NCBI GenBank assembly: GCA_964016885.1
Contig: OZ024746.1
Coordinates: forward strand, 6,448,001-6,512,000
Direction: 5' to 3'
Length of the DNA: 64,000 nt
Source of the DNA: Eledone cirrhosa
Lineage: Eukaryota
The notes below the pieces were generated by a model. It saw only the letters and a list, made by a program, of their open reading frames with translations. It did not search any database and was not told where the DNA came from. Of this stretch, positions 56,403 to 64,000 are shown one piece after another. The position numbers and the translations under genes are program-made. Position 1 is the stretch's first letter; each line of letters begins with the position of its first letter.

Positions 56403-57874
56403 TTGTAATTCCTTGTAAATACAATATTACACTGTAAGACTTTGTATGGAATATTCTAAGATAAAGGCTGTAATACTCACTTGACGGGGGTTTCTTCTCT
56501 GAAGACCTTCTGCTGTCCAGCTCTCCTGATTACCACTAAATGCTACGACAATCTTTCTTGTCTTTTTTTTTCTTTCTGTGTCTAGTTTTGCTAATTCATC
56601 CAACATATACAACTACGTATCACATGTTGTACAATTCATCCATACTTATACAACTACGTATTACATGTTGTACAGTTAATGCATTGATGTCTATTAGCTT
56701 CGTTTTATATTTACGACGATGTTAAGTAAGAGTCTAATTGGATGTAATATTCCACCCTAAACCTTCCATTCCATTGTACACTATCTAGTTTATTGATTTC
56801 AACGTATTTGTCATTTTGTGTTTAATTCTTTATTTCTTTATCTTGCATGCCGTTAGTGGTCTCAATTAATGTACTTCTCTTCAATTATTTTGCTGTAGCG
56901 CATTGCCAAAGATCCAATATTGGTAATTGTCATTCTTCTGCCATAGTTCATAACTACCGTAAATGTTGTTAACAATTACTGTTCCATCTTCACATATTCT
57001 GGAATAAATTAATGCATGTTGCATAATTACCTGCTGCTTTCTGCTGCTTAGACTTTTGTTTGGCGCTGCAACAATTATCCATCTGCCTCAGCTTTCATTT
57101 GTGCGCCATTTAGTCATTGTTGCGATTTGCATTTGTCTTTTTCCAACCTGCTCATTTCGTCAGGTAGCGACCATTTAGGAGTTTTACCTGCTGCGGCTTT
57201 GGTATGGCGTTCTGCAGCAACATTTCCAGCACTTTCTTTTATTGTTCTACCTTTCTTCTCACAACGAACGAACTCTCGTTATTGTTTTACCTTTCTTCTC
57301 ACAACAACCTCTCTAGGTTTGTTGAAGAAAGAATGTCTTATATTGTTCATGTTTATAGCGAGATCTAAAGTTTTCCTTCGATATTTAAATATTTCTGTAG
57401 TCGTACAGTCAATATTTTATAGTAGTCGTTTAGTCCTATCTGATGCCTACCTCTTATCACTGTATGATCACTGATGACTTATCTCTGAATTGAGCTGTAA
57501 GGGAACCGTTGTGATACACACACACACACACACACACACATACATATATATATAGGCAGTGGTGGACTGCCCAGGTCGCCTGATTTCCCAAAGGCAGGTG
57601 GGCCCCATGGGGCTCACGGTAGCATTGCAGGGCCCACTGTGGTATTTTAGGGAGCAATGCTTTGCTTTCAAAAATACCTATTTAATAGAAAGAATAACAT
57701 TTTTTTTTATAATTATGAAACAATTAAGCAAAGCAATTGGTCAACTAGTTCCCCAGGGAATTACTAGAAACCAAAATATACTATAGTGCGGATAGCTGGA
57801 ATCAGTGGTTGTACATTCTACTAAATCTATTCATTCATGCATGCAAACATGCATATATAGACACAGACACACAA

Positions 57875-57996
<122 letters not shown>

Positions 57997-58147
57997 ACAC
58001 GGGTGTGTATGATTGTGTATAGAAGATTATATTAATAAGAGGAATTCCAACTTTGTCTGATTTACTCGTTTTATTTACAATCCTTTAAAATTTATAATGG
58101 TATTATAATGAAATAGTATGATAGAATATTAAATGTTAAGTGTTAAT

Positions 58148-58186
58148 TGAACAAGTACTTTCATGCTTTCGCAATCTTCAGGTTCA
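58148..58186 (-). ncRNA. Type I hammerhead ribozyme (antisense twin of 58250-58288)
   Basis: Exact reverse complement of 58250-58288. Confidence 0.85.
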
Positions 58187-58249
58187 TAATGTGTGGTGAC
58201 AGTCAAGTTTGCAGTTGAAAATTGCAAACTTGACTGTCACCACACATTA

Positions 58250-58288
58250 TGAACCTGAAGATTGCGAAAGCATGAAAGTACTTGTTCA
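58250..58288 (+). ncRNA. Minimal type I hammerhead ribozyme
   Basis: TGAAC-CTGAAGA-TTGC(GAAA)GCAT-GAAA-GTAC-TT-GTTCA; GNRA loop II, palindromic stem III AGTACT, CUU site. Confidence 0.88.
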
Positions 58289-58400
58289 ATTAACACTTAA
58301 CATTTAATATTCTATCATACTATTTCATTATAATACCATTATAAATTTTAAAGGATTGTAAATAAAACGAGTAAATCAGACAAAGTTGGAATTCCTCTTA

Positions 58401-58477
<77 letters not shown>

Positions 58478-58667
58478 TTTATATATACTTACACACGAAC
58501 TACTGACCAAATAATATTTGGTATCAATGGGTTAAAAACATCTGAGAGAGATGTGGAGGAGAAAGGAGGTGCAACAGAAATGAAACATGAATTACAGGTT
58601 AAAATATAGTCTAGATAGATGTGAAACAAAACGATGATGTAATTTATGGAATACCGAAATGATTTAG

Positions 58668-59116
58668 AAGTCGACCTTAAGTAGGAGCAATAACATTACA
58701 AAAAAAAAGCACACCACAATACTTTGTTTTGAAAATTTTGAAAGTAGGTTTATAAGTATGAATTTTCGTAAGACTTACGTAGTTCTCTGTAGCCTATCCG
58801 TAAGTGCTAGAGACGGTGGAGATCCTGGTTTGGGTTTCAATCCTGGTCAAGAGGTGCATGTAATTTTTTTTCAGTTCTTATTTTACAACCAATAGAAAAA
58901 AAGCTGAAAAAGGTTTGCCGGGAACCCTACTCCCGTCAGGATCGAACTTCACACAAGGATCACCATCGTCTATGACTCCTCCAACTGGGCCACCGTGACA
59001 GCTACGACAGTATAATGAAAATTGATAATTATAAAACTACTTTCAAAATCAAAGTTTAAAGATATGGTGTCGTTTATGGGTTTTCTAGAGCTATTAGTCA
59101 TATTTAGGGTCGACTT
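58668..59116. mobile_element. TIR element with two convergent tRNA-like boxes (second copy at 59645-60027)
   Basis: TIR AAGTCGACCTTAAGTAGG / CATATTTAGGGTCGACTT. Plus strand TAGCCTATC...GGGTT(T)CAATCC; minus strand TGGCCCAGTTGG...AGTTCGATCC. Confidence 0.6.
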
Positions 59117-59245
59117 GTCAATCTTCTGGCTCTTTGGTAACAACCTATTATTCCTATGTGTATTTAACTGTTGAATTAGTTTAATTTGATTATTTTAGCA
59201 AACAAATTATATATATACATATATATATATATATACATATATATA

Positions 59246-59438
59246 ATTGTTTCTACTTTTGGCACAAAACCAACAGTACATTACTGGTACAACCCAGTAC
59301 ATTACTGGTACTTTATTTTATCGACCCCTATAGGATGAAAGGCAAAGTTAACCTCGGCGGGATTTGAATTCAGAACGTAAAGGGATGTAACTATGCTGGA
59401 AAGCATGTCCGACCCTCTACCGATACTGCCAATTCACC
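59246..59438 (-). mobile_element. Meta-type SINE
   Basis: Same motifs as the other copies. Confidence 0.8.
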
Positions 59439-61384
59439 ATATATTGCCAATCATTGTGAGTTTGAATCTGATATGCAGAAAGATATATATATGAATAAAG
59501 TAAGCCTGAATAGTAGTAGATTCAAATATGACAGAGAGAGGGGCGCGAGAAATGAGGTGCAATAGAAATGAAACATGGATTACAGGTGAAAATATAGTCT
59601 AGATAGATGTGAAACAAAACGATGATGTAGTTTATGGAACACCCAAAAGTCGACCTTAAGTAGGAGCAATAACATTACAAAAATAAGGACACCACACCAC
59701 TTTGTTTTGAAAATTTTGAAAGTAGGTTTATAAGTATGAATTTTCATAAGATTTACATATTTGTCTCTGTAGCCTATCGGTAAGTGCTAGAGACGGTAGA
59801 GATCCTGTCCTTGGGTTCAATCCTGGTCAAGAGGTGCATTTAGCGTTTTTCAGTTTTTTTATTTTACAACCAATAGAAAAAAGCTGAAAAGGTTTACCGG
59901 GAACCCTACTCCCGACTAGGGTCGAACTTCAGACTTGGATCACCACCGTCTATGACTCCTCCAACTAGGCTACCGAGTCAGCTACAAAAGTATATTGAGC
60001 TATTAGCAATATTTAGGTTCGACTTTTATTGGAGAAGGTCAAATATTTTTCCACAAAAATTTGATTGCACTGCTTTTTTTCCACTTCTGTATTTTTCGAA
60101 AATGTTATTTATTCATTATAAAAATTAAATGATAGCATTCTATATGTAGGTGGGCCCTCTCATCTCCTGGCAACCAATATTTTTAGACCCAGTCCGCCAC
60201 TGTATATGGAGCGGCGTGTGTACGTGTGTATTTTGGGTATGAGGAACCTTGCGGCACAGTTCTCGAGATTTGACTGCAGACGTCTTCAAGAAAGACAAAA
60301 AAAAGTAATTGAGAAGAAGAATAGACCATAGCACTTGGGGGGTACTTTATTTATCGTCCCCAAGAGGATTCGAAGCAAAGTTGGCCTCAGATAAATTGGA
60401 ACGTAGTGTGCAGAGTGCCGGAATAAAACCAATCTCTAAACCGCTAACGATTTTAACTGTTAAACTTTTAACTTTTGTATTTATGACAAATATAATAATT
60501 TTAACCAATATTTTAGGTGGCGTATTATATAGTTATGGCCTTTCCTATTTATCTCTCTCCGAGGTCAACTTTGCCTTTCATCCATTTAAGGTTGATAACA
60601 AAGTACCAGTCTAATACTGAGGTTGATTCTTCCTCCGTATCTCTTTCTCTTTCACTCCATCCTTCACTGGAAGAAATCTGCTGTATTCAGACCTGGAGAG
60701 GAGATGGGCTCCCCCAAGTTTTTAAAACAATTGCCTTAGAAACATCGTATGTCATACGACGTCTCTACGACTCCCTGAAGTATTACGTGTCCAGTCCATA
60801 CATACATTGATCTCTCAAGTCATACCGATTCATTTCAGGGGTTCAGATGAGAACATTATAATTATATCTAATTAGTGGACTAGATATATTATTGATTATT
60901 AATACCTTATATTTTCCCTCTAGATCTGCTTGCTTTAAGTATTAATCCAAAGCGTCTCTAATATTTCCTACGCAATATTTTGTTTCATTTCAGTATGTTC
61001 TACTTTGGTTCATTAAATTCCGAAGTATTTCTAAGTCTATGTTTAGTCTAATTCTCTTAGTTCTGTTTCTTATCTAGCAACATATTAGTCTTCTTAATTA
61101 ATGTTACCCTCTTCAAGTTTTCTTTGGTAGTTGTTATTTTTTCCAAATACGAATGTTATATGGATTTCTCTGCTAAGTCTCTGTACTGTTTGATCTCCTT
61201 CTACACTCTTCAGTATTGACTCTGTTCATCAGTAATTGATCATTAAAGTCACATGAGGTTTGCAGCATCCCTTCTACTCTTCTGGAAACAGGAGGTTGTT
61301 GCTACACATTTTTGCTTATCATCTATAATATTATTGGAGCTACAGATTTGTAAACTACATAATAATAATAATAATAATAATACT

Positions 61385-62005
61385 TTCTTTATTAACCACA
61401 AGGGTTTACATAAAGTAGACATTAAGGACAGTACAGGACAATAGAGGACGGTACAAATGGGCATTTCTGCGTGTAAAAAACAAAAACAGAGGATGTAACA
61501 AAAAAAATAACAATGAAAAATTACCCAATACGGGGGAGACTTCCGAATGACATTCGTGGAGAAAGCCCATTAAAAAGCCACAGTGACCTTGACCACCAGG
61601 GCAAGTTCCCTCTCCCAGTTTTCCACCTTTAATTTACAGACACATACTCAGAGTATGCCCATTCACTCGAGCCATTCTTGCCTCTCTCACCCATCTTTCA
61701 ACAAAATGCTGGGAAGAGAGCACTTCCCTCTCTACCCTGATTTTCCTTTTCAAATGAAATTTGAAAAAGTTAATCAGGGCATCACCGAAGAGGTAAGTGC
61801 TCGTATTCAGCCCTTTCAAACGTGTCCACCATACTATCCCTTTCGCCATGGCCACCAGACAGATAAAAACTGCCTGCCCTTCCCGGCTAAAGGAAGAGGG
61901 CGGGGCAACCCTCACGTTGGACTCAGCTGATAGCTAGACACGTCCCACACGCGACAGCAGGTATTCGACATAAACCCACAAGTCAGCAATGCTCGGACAC
62001 TGGAG
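61385..62005 (-). mobile_element. Second L1/Tx1-like LINE 3' fragment
   Basis: PPSSFSREGQAVFICLVAMAKGIVWWTRLKGL is homologous to ORF 37266-37616; (ATT)n at the 3' end. Confidence 0.8.
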
Positions 62006-62217
62006 TCTACTGTAATCATCACCATCACCACTAACAACAATGACATCAATAGTAATAATAATAAAAGTGATGTTGATAGTGATGATTACTGAAGACGTTT
62101 CATAAAAACCCTAGAAAATGTTATTTTCATAATTTCTAAAAAGAGCAAAACAATTGATGCTTTGGATAGGGTCAAATAGAAGTCGCTAGACATGCTCAAC
62201 CAACCGTGACGCCTAAA

Positions 62218-62340
62218 CCAATCAGCTTTAGTAATCCAGTGAAACTACACACCGATTGGTCGAAATACAGTTTGCAAAACTTAACATTCTGTAGCCCCTT
62301 TTTACTGTATATAAGGTACAAAATTTACCCATCATTACAG
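62218..62340 (+). promoter_or_regulatory. Candidate Pol II promoter upstream of a hammerhead element
   Basis: CCAAT 62218-62222, ATTGG 62255-62259, TATATAA 62308-62314, Inr-like CAGTT with A62339 lying 31 nt after the TATA start. Confidence 0.45.
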
Positions 62341-62375
62341 TTGAAAATTGCAAACTTGACTGTCACCACAGAATA

Positions 62376-62414
62376 TGAACCTGAAGATTGCGAAAGCATG
62401 AAAGTACTTGTTCA
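62376..62414 (+). ncRNA. Minimal type I hammerhead ribozyme
   Basis: Identical to 58250-58288 although the flanking element sequence has diverged. Confidence 0.88.
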
Positions 62415-62552
62415 ATTAACACTTAACATTTAATATTCTACCATACTATTCCATTATAATATCATTATAATTTTAAAGGATTGTAAATCAGACAAAGTTG
62501 AAATTCCTCTTATTAATATAATCTTCTTTACACAATCATACACACCCGTGTA

Positions 62553-62675
<123 letters not shown>

Positions 62676-62872
62676 ATACTTTGGGAGGGTCATGTTGCCA
62701 TTAAGAAACACACGCACCAGTTGCTTTCACTTCAATTTATTATATATTTATAAATTTATAAATTTACAAATCTACAAATTTATAAATTTCTGGTTGGTTG
62801 GTTGGTTCCACAACCAGATAGTTGTTTATATATAGTCATAGTCCTTTCGTCACACACTCTGTGACCTCTTCA

Positions 62873-62921
<49 letters not shown>

Positions 62922-63036
62922 ATAATTACATGCATACATTCATATATATATATATTTATACACACACACACATATGTGTATGTATATATATGTATGCATG
63001 TATGTATTATGTATATATATGTATGCATGTATGTAT

Positions 63037-63099
<63 letters not shown>

Positions 63100-63287
63100 A
63101 CAGGGATAAAGAGACGATTATTAGGAAGAAAAAATTTTTTTTTTTCCATTTTTTTTCTCTCTCTTTTTTCTGGGTTAGAAAATAATTAAAACGAAATGTT
63201 TTATTTTGTGTGAAGTGTTAAGGTATTAGTTGATTTTATTTATTATTTAACAATGGCATTTATCTATCTATATATATATATATATAT

Positions 63288-64000
63288 AATCTGGCAGGAA
63301 GGTATACGTTGCTGACGATAGCTACTAAGCTTGAAACTAGTACAGCGTTCCTTTGTTAGTGTTGAACAAACGAGCAACGATGGTTGCTGGACACTGCGGC
63401 TTATTACGGGATGTTTGTTTACAAACACACCGAACATTATAATAAATGTTCGGTGAATCCATACGTACATATATATATATATGTGTGCATGTATGTATAT
63501 ATATATACATACTACTGTACGTCTGTATACATATATGTATGTACGTGTACATACTTATATTTAAGTAACAGCCGTACTAAGAGTGGGAAATGAAATTTCG
63601 TTTCATTTTTTCCGTTTATCGTTTTCGGTGCACCCGGCCGATTAACCCACTCGATATGCAAATTGGGCTATTCAGCCGTTAATATGCATAAGGTAAGTAT
63701 ATACGTTCAACAATCTGGCAGGAAGGTGTACGTTGCTGACAATAGCTAATAAGCTTGAAACTAGTACAGCGTTCCTTTGTCAGTGTTGAACAAACGAGCA
63801 ACGATGGTTGCTGGACACTACGGCTTAATACGGGATGTTTGTTTACAAACACACCGAACATTATAATAAATGTTCGGTGAATCCATACGTACATATATAT
63901 ATATGTGTGTGCATGTATGTATATGTATATATACATACTACTGTACGTCTGTATACATATATATACATATATGTATACAGACGTACGTGTACATGCTTAT
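63288..64000 (+). mobile_element. Retrozyme-like tandem element, 424-bp unit, at least 1.7 copies, runs off the window end
   Basis: AATCTGGCAGGAAGG at 63288 and 63712; hammerheads at 63306-63348 and 63730-63772; ATGCAAAT at 63656-63663; starts in (TA)n. Confidence 0.78.
63306..63348 (+). ncRNA. Minimal type I hammerhead ribozyme
   Basis: ACGTTG-CTGACGA-T-AGCT(ACTA)AGCT-T-GAAA-CTAG-TA-CAGCGT; the second copy has CTGACAA (G8 mutated). Confidence 0.8.

Overview
Eukaryotic, very AT-rich and microsatellite-dense DNA. An octopus or other coleoid cephalopod is my inference from the SINE types and repeat landscape. Only one real protein-coding region is supported: a class A neuropeptide-type GPCR (FMRFamide/sex-peptide-receptor-like, ATG 4713 to 5774) encoded by a single coding exon. 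Almost all other ORFs in the track are microsatellite translations. The window also holds many tRNA-derived SINEs (Meta-domain and CORE types), fragments of RTE, L1/Tx1 and CRE LINEs, mariner, Chapaev3 and hAT-like DNA transposon remnants, and a 5.5-kb array of a 44-bp satellite that looks derived from a SINE head. The main hidden signal is a diverse population of short non-coding elements inserted in (TA)n tracts. They carry minimal type I hammerhead ribozymes: about 13 with intact CUGANGA/GAAA/UH cores plus about 8 degenerate ones, read by eye. Many show Penelope-style inverted duplications. Two are retrozyme-like direct-repeat units (466 and 424 bp) that share an ATGCAAAT octamer upstream of the ribozyme. 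All motif, folding and family calls were made by eye, without searches.
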